A stretch of 64,000 bases of DNA from positions 1 to 64,000 of the forward strand of contig NZ_SMNA01000007.1 in the NCBI RefSeq assembly GCF_004353825.1, given 5' to 3'. A program made the position numbers and the translations under genes. Shown piece by piece: positions 19,046-28,164 of the stretch. This DNA comes from Occultella glacieicola. GTDB lineage: Bacteria > Actinomycetota > Actinomycetes > Actinomycetales > Beutenbergiaceae. Numbering within the stretch: the first letter of the stretch is position 1; each line of letters starts with the position of its first letter. The notes under the pieces were generated by a model. It searched no databases, was not told where the DNA came from, and worked only from the letters and a program-made list of their open reading frames with translations.

Positions 19046-20785
19046 TCAGGGGCGCGGGATGTTGCGCAGGTTGGACCGGGCCATCGACATCACCTCGGCG
19101 CCACCACCGCCGAGCACGGCCTTGGTCATCGCGGTCGCGAACCCCTTGATCTGCTTGCCGGTGATGCTCGGCGGGATCGACAGCGCATTCGGGTCGGTGA
19201 CGATGTCGATCAGCGCCGGACCGGAGCGCTCGAAGCCACCGGCGAGTGCCTTGCGCAGATCCTTGGGGTGCTCGACCCGGACGGCCGGGATCCCCATCGC
19301 CGTCGCGATCGCGGCGTAGTCGACGGAGGGGGAGTCGGTGAACGCGGACGGGAGGCCCTCGACGAGCATCTCCAGCTTCACCATGCCGAGGCTCGCGTTG
19401 TTGAAGACCACGACCTTCACCGGCAGGTCGAAGTGCCGGATGGTGATCAGGTCGCCGAGCAGCATGGACAGGCCGCCGTCACCGCACATGGCCACCACCT
19501 CACGGCCGGGGTCGGCGAACGCGGCGCCGATCGCGTGCGGCATCGCGTTGGCCATCGACCCGTGCAGGAATGAGCCGATCACCCGGCGACGGCCGTTCGG
19601 CGTCAGGTAGCGGGCCGCCCACACATTGCACATGCCGGTGTCCACGGTGAACACGGTGTCCGCACCGGCGGTCTCGTCGAGTTGCACCGCCGCGTACTCC
19701 GGGTGGATCGGCGTGGTTCGCTCCACCTTCTTGGTGTAGGCGCCGACCACCTTGGTCATGAGGTTCTCCTGCTTCTTGAGCATGGAGCTCAGGAACCGGC
19801 GGTTGGACTTGCGCCGCACCAGCGGTGCCAGGGCGAGCATGGTCTCGCGGACATCGCCGACCACGCCGAGGTCGAGACGGGTCCGCCGGCCCAGGTGGCT
19901 CGGCTCGATGTCGATCTGGGCGGTGCGGACGTCGTCGGGCAGGAACTGGTCGTACGGGAAGTCGGTGCCGATCAGGACCAGGAGGTCCGCGTCGTTCATC
20001 GCGTCGAAGCAGGCGCCGTACCCGAGCAGTCCGGACATGCCGACGTCGAACGGGTTGTCGTACTGGATGACCTCCTTGCCGCGCAGCGAGTGGCCGATCG
20101 GCGCCGCGGCGGCGTCGGCCAGCGCGATCACCTCGTCGTGGGCCCCACGCGCCCCCGCGCCGACGAAGAACGTCACCTTCTTCGCGGCGTTGATCGCGTC
20201 GGCCAGGTCGGCGACGTCCTCCGTGCAGGGGACCACCCGCGGCGAGCGGCTCGTGACGCAGATGACCGGGGCGTCGGCGGAGACCTCCTGGTCGGCCACG
20301 TCCCCGGGCAGGGTCAGCACGGCCACGCCGGGGCCGCCGAGCGCGTGCTCGATCGCGGTGTTCGCGATCCGTGGCATCTGGGCGGCGCTGGAGAGCATCT
20401 CGGAGTAGACCGAGCACTCGGTGAACAGCCGGTCCGGGTGGGTCTCCTGGAAGAACTGGGTGCCGATCTGGTTGGTGGGGATGTGCGAGGCGATCGCGAG
20501 CACGGGCACTCGGGACCGGTTCGCGTCGTACAGCCCGTTGATCAGGTGCAGGTTCCCGGGTCCGCAGGAACCGGCGCAGACGGCGAGCTGCCCGGTCACG
20601 GTGGCCTCCGCGGCGGCCGCGAACGCCGCGACCTCCTCGTGGCGCACGGACACCCAGTCGATCCCGGCGGTGCGCCTGACCGCGTCGACCACAGGGTTCA
20701 GGCTGTCCCCGACGATCCCGTAGATCCGCCTCACCCCAGCCGAGACGAGTTGGTTCACGAGCTGTTCGGCGACGGTCACGGCCAT
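19046..20785 (-). CDS. poxB: Pyruvate:quinone oxidoreductase (PoxB/Pqo)
   Basis: GIVGDSLN, VRHEE, GSCGPGNLH and TPP motif GDGG...NN. Confidence 0.92.
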   Translation of the reverse strand: MAVTVAEQLVNQLVSAGVRRIYGIVGDSLNPVVDAVRRTAGIDWVSVRHEEVAAFAAAAEATVTGQLAVCAGSCGPGNLHLINGLYDANRSRVPVLAIASHIPTNQIGTQFFQETHPDRLFTECSVYSEMLSSAAQMPRIANTAIEHALGGPGVAVLTLPGDVADQEVSADAPVICVTSRSPRVVPCTEDVADLADAINAAKKVTFFVGAGARGAHDEVIALADAAAAPIGHSLRGKEVIQYDNPFDVGMSGLLGYGACFDAMNDADLLVLIGTDFPYDQFLPDDVRTAQIDIEPSHLGRRTRLDLGVVGDVRETMLALAPLVRRKSNRRFLSSMLKKQENLMTKVVGAYTKKVERTTPIHPEYAAVQLDETAGADTVFTVDTGMCNVWAARYLTPNGRRRVIGSFLHGSMANAMPHAIGAAFADPGREVVAMCGDGGLSMLLGDLITIRHFDLPVKVVVFNNASLGMVKLEMLVEGLPSAFTDSPSVDYAAIATAMGIPAVRVEHPKDLRKALAGGFERSGPALIDIVTDPNALSIPPSITGKQIKGFATAMTKAVLGGGGAEVMSMARSNLRNIPRP

Positions 20786-20876
20786 GGTGATGTTCCCTCC
20801 GAGCGGAGTGGGGTGGACCTCGTCCATTCTCCCGGGATCCGCCACCCGCGCCACCGGCGCCGGTGGCCGAAGGGCG

Positions 20877-21347
20877 CTAGCCGCGTGCTCGGGCCCGGCG
20901 ATCGCCGCCGCCGGCCAGTTCCTCGAGAGCGTCGGCGAGCTCTCCCACCGGGTCCCGACCATCCAGTTCCACGGTCGCGCCGGCGCGCAGGAGCGGTTCG
21001 ACGGTCTCGGTGTAGTGGGCGATCTCGGCGCGCTGCTCCGGCGTGGCGCCGTACGGGTTCTCGGTGCGGCGCCGGACCCGGTCGAGCATCACCTCGAGCG
21101 GCGCGCTCAACAGCACCACATGGTCGAGCCGGTCGTAGAAGCGGCCCTGGTTCTCGACGGTGCCGGAGAGGAACAGATCCGGGTGCTCCTCCAGCAGCGC
21201 GCCGATGCGGGGCTCGTCCCAGGTGGCGTCCGGCAGCACCCAGCCGTCCTCGTCGGTCTCGACGGTGAGGTGGCCGCGACGGCGCAGTTCCGCCAGGACC
21301 GTGGTCTTGCCGGTGCCGGACATGCCCGTGATCAGGATCCGTGCCAT
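20877..21347 (-). CDS. Small P-loop kinase/ATPase
   Basis: ILITGMSGTGKTT; RTENPYG. Confidence 0.8.
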   Translation of the reverse strand: MARILITGMSGTGKTTVLAELRRRGHLTVETDEDGWVLPDATWDEPRIGALLEEHPDLFLSGTVENQGRFYDRLDHVVLLSAPLEVMLDRVRRRTENPYGATPEQRAEIAHYTETVEPLLRAGATVELDGRDPVGELADALEELAGGGDRRARARG

Positions 21348-21462
21348 CGCCCCATTGTGGCCCGCACCGTGGTGTGGCCGTGGTCGGCGCGGCCGGTCAG
21401 GCGCCCACGGTGGGACGGCGGGGCGCAGCCCGAGGCGTGGCCACGAGGTCCAAGATGTGACC

Positions 21463-22326
21463 ATGAAGATCGACGCCCACCACCATGTGTGGGACCTGGC
21501 CGTGCATCCGCAGGACTGGATCAGCCCCGAGTTCGCACCGGTGATCGGCCGTGATTTCGACACCGGCGATTGGCGGGCGGTCGCCGAACCCGCCGGGGTG
21601 ACCCACGCCGTCATCGTGCAGACGGTGCCGCAGGACTCCGAGACGCCCTACCTGCTCGACCTCGCTGCGCAGCACCCGCACGTGCTCGGCGTGGTCGGCT
21701 GGGTGCAGTTCGGTGCGACGGACCTGACCGCGCGCCTCGACGCCTTGTCCGACCACCCGGCGTCGGACCTGCTCGTCGGTCTGCGGGACCTGAGCGAGCA
21801 GCGCGAGGACGCGGCCTGGCTCGCCGGCCCGGAGGCGGCCCGGACGTTCGCCGCGGCCGGGGAGCGTGACCTGACCATTGATCTGCTCATACGCGAGGAA
21901 CACCTGGCGGCCGCGGCCGAGGCGGTCCGGGCCCACCCGGACACCTGGTTCGTGGTGGACCACCTCGCGAAGCCGGATCTGGACCGGACCACGCCGGGGG
22001 AGTGGGCCGCGTCCATGGCGCCACTCGCCGAGGCCCCGAACGTGGCCCTGAAGTTCTCCGGCTACGCCACCCTGACCGCGGATCTGGCCGCCGCCGACCT
22101 GACCCTGGCCGGGTACCTCAACGCCGCCCTGGAGAAGTTCGGGCCGAGGCGGGTGATGTTCGGTAGCGACTGGCCGGTCAGCCTGGTCGGCGGGTCGTAC
22201 GCGCAGGTGGTCGCGGCTGCGGAGGCGGCGCTGGCCGTGGTCGATGCCGACGACGGGCTGCGCGGCGAGTTCTTCACCGGAGCCGCCACCCGCTGGTACG
22301 GACTGGAGCCGCCGACGGCGGCATGA
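21463..22326 (+). CDS. Amidohydrolase_2 family protein (L-fuconolactonase-like)
   Basis: IDAHHHVW, DHLAKP, LKFSG and MFGSDWPV motifs. Confidence 0.88.
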   Translation: MKIDAHHHVWDLAVHPQDWISPEFAPVIGRDFDTGDWRAVAEPAGVTHAVIVQTVPQDSETPYLLDLAAQHPHVLGVVGWVQFGATDLTARLDALSDHPASDLLVGLRDLSEQREDAAWLAGPEAARTFAAAGERDLTIDLLIREEHLAAAAEAVRAHPDTWFVVDHLAKPDLDRTTPGEWAASMAPLAEAPNVALKFSGYATLTADLAAADLTLAGYLNAALEKFGPRRVMFGSDWPVSLVGGSYAQVVAAAEAALAVVDADDGLRGEFFTGAATRWYGLEPPTAA

Positions 22327-22400
22327 AACGAGTCCCGGAACCCTCACGGTGGCCGACTCGTTGAGCAGAGGGAGACTCCCCCAGCTCGGAAGGACGCACC

Positions 22401-23177
22401 ATGGGCCTGCTCGACCGACTTCTCGGCCGCGAGCCGAACGAATACGACCCGTACCGCGGGAACCAGCAACCCGGCGGCGCGCCGTACGGTCGGCAGCAGG
22501 CCTACGGGCAGCAGCCGGCCGGTCCCGCCTACGGGCAGCAACCTGCCGGTCCCGCCTACGCACAGCAGCCCGCCGGTCCCGCCTACGGGCAGCAGCCCAC
22601 GGGTCCCGGCCACGACGGGCGGCCGGCCCAGCGCACCCCGGACGAGGTGGCGATCGACCGCTACCGGTACCTGGTCCGGACCGCACCGCCGGAGGCGGTG
22701 GAACAAGCGCACGCCGAGGCGTTCTCGAGCCTCACACCCGCGCAGCGGCGCCAGGTGCTCGACGACCTGGGTGCGGCCGTGCCCCCGACGGAACGGGCGC
22801 CGTCGGACTCCCCACAGGACCTCGCCCGGATGGCCACCCGGGCCGAGATGCGCGAGCCGGGCACGGTCGAACGCACGCTCGGCGGCCAGCGCGGCGCCGG
22901 CCCCGGGATGGGCGCCATGATGGGATCGAGCCTGCTCGGAACCGTCGCCGGTGTGGTGATCGGGTCGGCGGTCGCGAACGCGCTCTTCGGGCCGGCGTTC
23001 GGTGACCCCACCCAGGCCGCACCGCAGGACGCGGGTGCCGACGGCGGCGCGGATGGCGGTGGTGGTGACGCTGGTGCCGGCGATGCGGGCGGGTTCGACG
23101 CCGGTGCCGGCGACGGCGGCGGACTGGGCGACTTCGGGGGCGGTTTCGCCGACTTCGGGGGCTTCGGCGACTTCTAG
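22401..23177 (+). CDS. Conserved hypothetical protein with QQPAGPAY repeats and a Gly/Asp/Phe tail
   Basis: RBS AAGGA; YRYLVRTAPPE core. Confidence 0.7.
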   Translation: MGLLDRLLGREPNEYDPYRGNQQPGGAPYGRQQAYGQQPAGPAYGQQPAGPAYAQQPAGPAYGQQPTGPGHDGRPAQRTPDEVAIDRYRYLVRTAPPEAVEQAHAEAFSSLTPAQRRQVLDDLGAAVPPTERAPSDSPQDLARMATRAEMREPGTVERTLGGQRGAGPGMGAMMGSSLLGTVAGVVIGSAVANALFGPAFGDPTQAAPQDAGADGGADGGGGDAGAGDAGGFDAGAGDGGGLGDFGGGFADFGGFGDF

Positions 23178-24826
23178 GTGACGAGCCGGGGCTCGGCCGT
23201 CGGCAGGTCGTCCGTCCAGCTCGGCTGCTCACCGATACCGAAGCCGTGCCGCTCCCAGGTGCGCCACCACGACGACGCACCCGACGGCAGGGTTGCCGGG
23301 TCATCCTCCTCGAGGAGCTCGCGCAGCCGGAGCTTGAGCTCGACCAGCTCGGACATGGGCGGCCGAGGCGTGGCCGGGTCATGGACCGGGTTGAACATCT
23401 CGTCCTCGGTGGTCCAGATGAGTCGGCGAAGGTTGATCACGTGGCGGGTGTGCTCATGGACCTCGGGAGGGGCCTCGGTGTAGAGGTCCCGGGCGCGCAG
23501 GTAGCCGTAGTCCATCGAGATGGAGACCAGGCCCGGCTCCACCGTGAGCAGGTCGTGGATGTCCAGCTCGGGCTGGATGATCATGGCGCCGGCGGACTTG
23601 GCCCGCCGGATCTCGTCGAGCTGGATCTCGTCGGTCATAATGCCGAAGCCACTGCGCATCACGATCTCGAGCATGTCCTTGTCCCCGTAACCGCCGTCCC
23701 ACGGAAGCCCCACGGGCGAGGCGACCACCGCGTAACAACGGGTCACCCCGAGTTGGGACACCGCGATCTCGACGGGCAGGGACTCTCGCGCGCCGCCGTC
23801 GACGTAGTGCTGGTCGTTCAGGCGGACCGGCGCGAACACGGCCGGGATGGCGCACGAGGCCCGGATCGCGTCGAGGAGCTCGACCGGGTCCTCCTCCGGC
23901 AGGAGCTCGTCGGTGCGATCGTGCATGCGGCCGAGCTCGTCGACGTAGCGCAGTTCGCCGGACTCGAGCGCCACCACGGCCGCCCGGAACCGGACCCCGG
24001 AGTCGGCGAGCCGCGCGGCGTCGAACAGCCGTGGGTCCGAGATCCGGTCCACGAGCGGGCCCGGGCGGAAGGCGGCGCGCTCGGTCTGGGCACCGTTCAG
24101 GATCGACTGCACGTCGGTGCTGGTCCGTCCGGCCTCCCAGATCGTGGCGAGGGTGTCCAGGACGTTGCCCGAGGTCCACAGCGGCGAGTGCTCGGGCGGG
24201 GTCTGGTCGTGTTCGACGGTCTGCACCGCCGTCTGGCTCGCCGTCGCCGGATCGGTTGCGGCCTCGCCGTGATCGTTCTGGCGGGCGGTGAAGCGTTCCA
24301 CGGCCTTGATCGGCCCCTGCAGCACGGAGGTGAGGCTGGCGGTCAGGGAGGTGCGGTTGCCGGGTCGGTGCCGCAGCGCCATGACCTTGCGCCAGGTCGG
24401 CATGTGCTCGCGCAGTTTGGTGAACCAGGGCAGCTCCTCGAACAGGTCCGAACTGCTGCGCATCCCGAGCCAGAGCCGGCGCAGGTCCTCCACTGCCTCG
24501 CGCTGGCCGGCCTGGTCCGGGTACTGGGCGAGCATGCCGGTCAGGATCGAGCCCGCCGACGTGCCGGTCATCACCTGGGGTGCGAAGCCGTCCTGCTCGT
24601 AGAGGTAGGTCAGGGCGCCGATCTGGAAGCTGGACCGGGCGCCACCACCGGAGGCGACGAGCCCGATGACCTCCTCCTGGTGCGGTTCCGGGTCCGGTTC
24701 CGGTTCTGGCTCCGGAGCCGAAGCCGGTCCGGGGTCGGGCTCGGGTAGGTCCGGAACCGGCTCACCGCCGAGCAGGCGGATCAGCCCATGGCGCAACTTC
24801 GTGGCCACCCCTGGTGCACCGGTCAT
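23174..24826 (-). CDS. Patatin-like phospholipase
   Basis: GGGAR, GTSAG nucleophile and DGG motifs; start overlaps the upstream paralog's stop. Confidence 0.88.
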   Translation of the reverse strand: MTGAPGVATKLRHGLIRLLGGEPVPDLPEPDPGPASAPEPEPEPDPEPHQEEVIGLVASGGGARSSFQIGALTYLYEQDGFAPQVMTGTSAGSILTGMLAQYPDQAGQREAVEDLRRLWLGMRSSSDLFEELPWFTKLREHMPTWRKVMALRHRPGNRTSLTASLTSVLQGPIKAVERFTARQNDHGEAATDPATASQTAVQTVEHDQTPPEHSPLWTSGNVLDTLATIWEAGRTSTDVQSILNGAQTERAAFRPGPLVDRISDPRLFDAARLADSGVRFRAAVVALESGELRYVDELGRMHDRTDELLPEEDPVELLDAIRASCAIPAVFAPVRLNDQHYVDGGARESLPVEIAVSQLGVTRCYAVVASPVGLPWDGGYGDKDMLEIVMRSGFGIMTDEIQLDEIRRAKSAGAMIIQPELDIHDLLTVEPGLVSISMDYGYLRARDLYTEAPPEVHEHTRHVINLRRLIWTTEDEMFNPVHDPATPRPPMSELVELKLRLRELLEEDDPATLPSGASSWWRTWERHGFGIGEQPSWTDDLPTAEPRLVT

Positions 24827-26877
24827 GACTCCAGCGTAGAAGAGGACGCCGGATCGTTGTCGAGCCAGTGGGGTGCGGCGGTGACCGGGTTGGCGTGCCG
24901 CTCCCAGCCCCGCCACCAGTCCCGCGCTCCGGGAGGCAGCCGCTCCGGGGGAACCCCGGCGACCAGGTCGCGCAGGCGGAGCTTCATTCCGGCGAGATCG
25001 TGTCCGCCGGGATCCAGGACGGCATCCGGCCCGACGGTGGCGCCCCCGCCGCCGGTCGCCGGACCCGGGGTGGACGCGGCCCGGGGCATCGTGGCCGCGC
25101 CGGGCGCAGAGGCGAACAGATCGTCCTCGACGGTCCAGATCAGGCGGCGGAGATTGATGAGGTCCCGGGTGTGCTCGTGCTCGGCTTCGGAGGCGTTCGC
25201 GCACACGTCCGCGGCGCGGAGGTAGCCGTAGTCCATCGCGATCGCGATCAGGCCGGGCTCGATGGTGACGATGTCGTGGATGTCCAACTCCGGATCGATC
25301 ACGGTCGCACCGAGGGCCCGGGCGCGTTCGACCTCGTCGGCCTGGATCTCGTCCGGCATGATCTCGGAGGCCGCGCGCATGACGATCTCCAGCAGGGCCT
25401 TGCCGGCGAAGTCCTCCGCGGGGGGCAGCCCGACCGGGTTCGCTGTGACGACGTAGCAACGGTCGACCCCGAGATGTTCGTAGGCGATGGCGACGGGCAC
25501 GTTCTCGCGAGTACCGCCGTCGACGTAGGTGCCGTCGTTGAGGCGGACCGGTGGGAGCCCGGCAGGGATCGCGCAGGAGGCGAGGATGGCCCGGTCGAGG
25601 GTGACCGGCTCGGCGTCGAGCAGGCGGTCGTTGGCATCCCGGAGCCGTCCCGCGGCGTCGACGTAGCGCAACTCACCGGACTCCAGGTGCACGGTGGCCA
25701 GGCGCAGCTCGATGCCGGACGTCGCTGGCAGCGACGGGTCGAACACGGCCGGGTCGAGCAACTCCTCGATGATCGGCCCGACCACGAAGGCCGACTGCTC
25801 GCGGGCGGCGCCCCGGACGACGGCGTTGACATCGGGCCCGGTGCGGCCCACCTCCCAGAGTGCTGCGATGAGTTCGAGCGGACCGGACCCCAAGGTCGCC
25901 AGGTCGCGCTCGGGAGGAACACGTTCGCCCGTGCCACGCCTGCCGGTGGTGCTCGCAGTGGCCCTCACGGCCGCCCCGGTGACCGCGGCAGTCGTGCTCG
26001 GTCCGGTGGCGCTCGGTCCGGTGGCGCTCGGTCCGGTGGCGCTCGGTCCGGTGGCGCTCGGTCCGGTGGCGCTCGGCTCGGCGTGGCTCGGCTCGGTGTG
26101 GTTCGGCCCGGATGGGCTCGGTCCGGTGGCGCTCGGTCCGGTGGCGCTCGGACCGGTGGCGCTCGGACCGGTGGCCCCCGGTCCAACCGCCCGGTCGGGG
26201 CCGGCCGCGGCCTCGTCGGTTGGCCGGTTCGCGGCCGCGCGCTCGTCGACGGCAACGGCCCGCGCCCGCTCGGCCAGCCGGTCCACGGCCCGGCGTGGCC
26301 CGGCGAGCACCGCGGCGAGGTTCTCGGTCAGGGACGCCCGGTTGGCGCTCCGCTCGTGGATCGCGGCGAGCTTGCGCCATGCGGGCATGTCCTCGCGCAG
26401 CGCGGTGAACCATGGCAGTTCGGTGAACATGTCCGAGCTCGCCGTCATGCCGAGCCAGATCCGGCGGAGTTCGGCGACCGTGCGCTGCTGCCCGGCGAGG
26501 TCGCCGTGCTGGGCGAGGACTCCCGCCAGGATCGAGCCGGCGGACGTGCCGGTGATCACCGACGGTGTGATCCGTTCCCGCTCATAGAGATAACTGAGTG
26601 CCCCGATCTCGAACGACGACCTGGCTCCGCCCCCGCCGAGGACGAGGCCGACCACAGGTTCGGCCGCCGCATCCTGCGGCTCCCCGGTCCCCGCACCATC
26701 GCCGGTCCCCGCGTCCCCGCCGACACCTACACCCGCGCCGTCACCGGACCTCGTCAGGCCGATCCCGTGGGCACCGGCGGGCGTTGGCCCGCCGGGAGCC
26801 GCTGGTGCTGGAACACCCCCGAGGATTCGGATCAGTCCATGGCGTACGGAGCGCAGCAGGTCAGCCGGGGTCGCCAT
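24823..26877 (-). CDS. Patatin-like phospholipase (paralog with internal repeat)
   Basis: GGGGAR, GTSAG and DGG motifs; TAAGGT -10 lies 7 nt upstream of the ATG. Confidence 0.88.
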   Translation of the reverse strand: MATPADLLRSVRHGLIRILGGVPAPAAPGGPTPAGAHGIGLTRSGDGAGVGVGGDAGTGDGAGTGEPQDAAAEPVVGLVLGGGGARSSFEIGALSYLYERERITPSVITGTSAGSILAGVLAQHGDLAGQQRTVAELRRIWLGMTASSDMFTELPWFTALREDMPAWRKLAAIHERSANRASLTENLAAVLAGPRRAVDRLAERARAVAVDERAAANRPTDEAAAGPDRAVGPGATGPSATGPSATGPSATGPSPSGPNHTEPSHAEPSATGPSATGPSATGPSATGPSATGPSTTAAVTGAAVRATASTTGRRGTGERVPPERDLATLGSGPLELIAALWEVGRTGPDVNAVVRGAAREQSAFVVGPIIEELLDPAVFDPSLPATSGIELRLATVHLESGELRYVDAAGRLRDANDRLLDAEPVTLDRAILASCAIPAGLPPVRLNDGTYVDGGTRENVPVAIAYEHLGVDRCYVVTANPVGLPPAEDFAGKALLEIVMRAASEIMPDEIQADEVERARALGATVIDPELDIHDIVTIEPGLIAIAMDYGYLRAADVCANASEAEHEHTRDLINLRRLIWTVEDDLFASAPGAATMPRAASTPGPATGGGGATVGPDAVLDPGGHDLAGMKLRLRDLVAGVPPERLPPGARDWWRGWERHANPVTAAPHWLDNDPASSSTLES
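25996..26175. repeat. 15-bp tandem repeat, about 12 units, encoding (GPSAT)n
   Basis: gctcggtccggtggc x5, 3 degenerate units, then 4 more. Confidence 0.9.
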
Positions 26878-26928
26878 GCGGCCAACCTTAGGCGCACCGT
26901 CCCTGATCGTCCTGGCGCGAGCGATGGC

Positions 26929-26980
26929 GGAAGGTTCCACCCACGACGCGCTGGTCAGGTGCGGGCCGGGCGCTGACGAT
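26929..26980 (+). promoter_or_regulatory. GGAAnnTTCC-ACC operator promoter (site 1) between the divergent patatin and WXG genes
   Basis: GGAAGGTTCC-ACCC, CTGG at +13, GACGAT after 36 nt. Confidence 0.7.
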
Positions 26981-27105
26981 GGTCAAGCGCCGATTGCTCG
27001 TGGCGTCCACGACCTGCCGACAACCCTGAACGACGCCGCGGCACCCGAATCACGCTGCGACATCCGAACAACACTCCGTTGACTGAACCACTCTGCGAGG
27101 ACCTG

Positions 27106-28023
27106 ATGAGCACTGTCACCCACGGCGGCGACGTCGATGCCCTGATCGCGACCGCGAGGGCCTACGCCGCCGGGGCGGAGCAGATCCGCACGATCTGCGT
27201 GCGTATCACGGTCGGACTGTGCCACACGATGATCTGGAACGGGCCGGACGCCCTGGCCGCACGCACCGCGTGGGAGCACGAATGGTCGCCGGCTCTCATG
27301 CGGGCGTCCGGCGCCCTGGTCGACGCCGGCCTGGAACTGGTCGGCCAGGCCGAGGACCAACTCCGCGCGAGCGGGGCGGACACGGCGGGATCGGGAAGCG
27401 GGGCCGGTGTTGCCGGCGCGACCACTGCCGCTGGTGTGTCCGGTGCGGCCGGGCCGGGCGACGGTGATGCCGGTACGGCCGTACCGGGCCGGTTCGGTGA
27501 CCTGCGGACGAACCTCGAGCGGCTACGTTCGTTCGCCATGAGCCTGCCGGAACTGGCGCTGCAGGCTCGCGCGCTGCGAACCTTCGGCGCCGTGGCGAAC
27601 AATCTCGCCACCGCGGACGTCGCGCGGGAGTTCGTCGAGGCAGGGCTCACCGGCGCCGAGCGTGTGGGCCTCGACGGACTGTCCGTCGTTGGCACTGTCC
27701 TCGACGCGGACGGGTTCGTGACCGGCATCGAGGAGCGGGACGTGACAGCGATCGTCCAGAACGGCACCTCCCTCGGCATCACCGCGGCAGCCCCGTGGAT
27801 CGGCTCGGCAGTCTCGGGCGGGGTGGGCGTGGCCTGGGGTGTCGGGAGCCTCGCCGGCGACATGATCTACGACGGTATCCAGGGCACCAGGTACAACGAG
27901 ATCCTCACCGAGATGACCGACGGGGCGTTCCGTGACAACGGGGCTCTCGGCATCGCACAGGTGCCAGGTCTCCTGGCGTTCGCCGCCTGGGAGGCGCTGA
28001 CCGAGGACGACACCGGCGAGTGA
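27106..28023 (+). CDS. WXG100-like protein with a C-terminal hydrophobic extension
   Basis: WNGPDA, LVGQAEDQLRAS, Gly/Ala linker, Gly-rich hydrophobic C-terminal domain; RBS GAGGA. Confidence 0.72.
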   Translation: MSTVTHGGDVDALIATARAYAAGAEQIRTICVRITVGLCHTMIWNGPDALAARTAWEHEWSPALMRASGALVDAGLELVGQAEDQLRASGADTAGSGSGAGVAGATTAAGVSGAAGPGDGDAGTAVPGRFGDLRTNLERLRSFAMSLPELALQARALRTFGAVANNLATADVAREFVEAGLTGAERVGLDGLSVVGTVLDADGFVTGIEERDVTAIVQNGTSLGITAAAPWIGSAVSGGVGVAWGVGSLAGDMIYDGIQGTRYNEILTEMTDGAFRDNGALGIAQVPGLLAFAAWEALTEDDTGE

Positions 28024-28164
28024 GGTCGGACCGATGAGCGAGTTCCCGAGTTGGGTCGGCGGCGGCCGTCGGCAGGGCGCGAGCCCGCCGATCGCAGACC
28101 GCGGCAGCGTCCCGACCGCTGCGCCGCCCCAGTGAGCCGGACCTGTGCGCGGCGCGCCGGGTGG

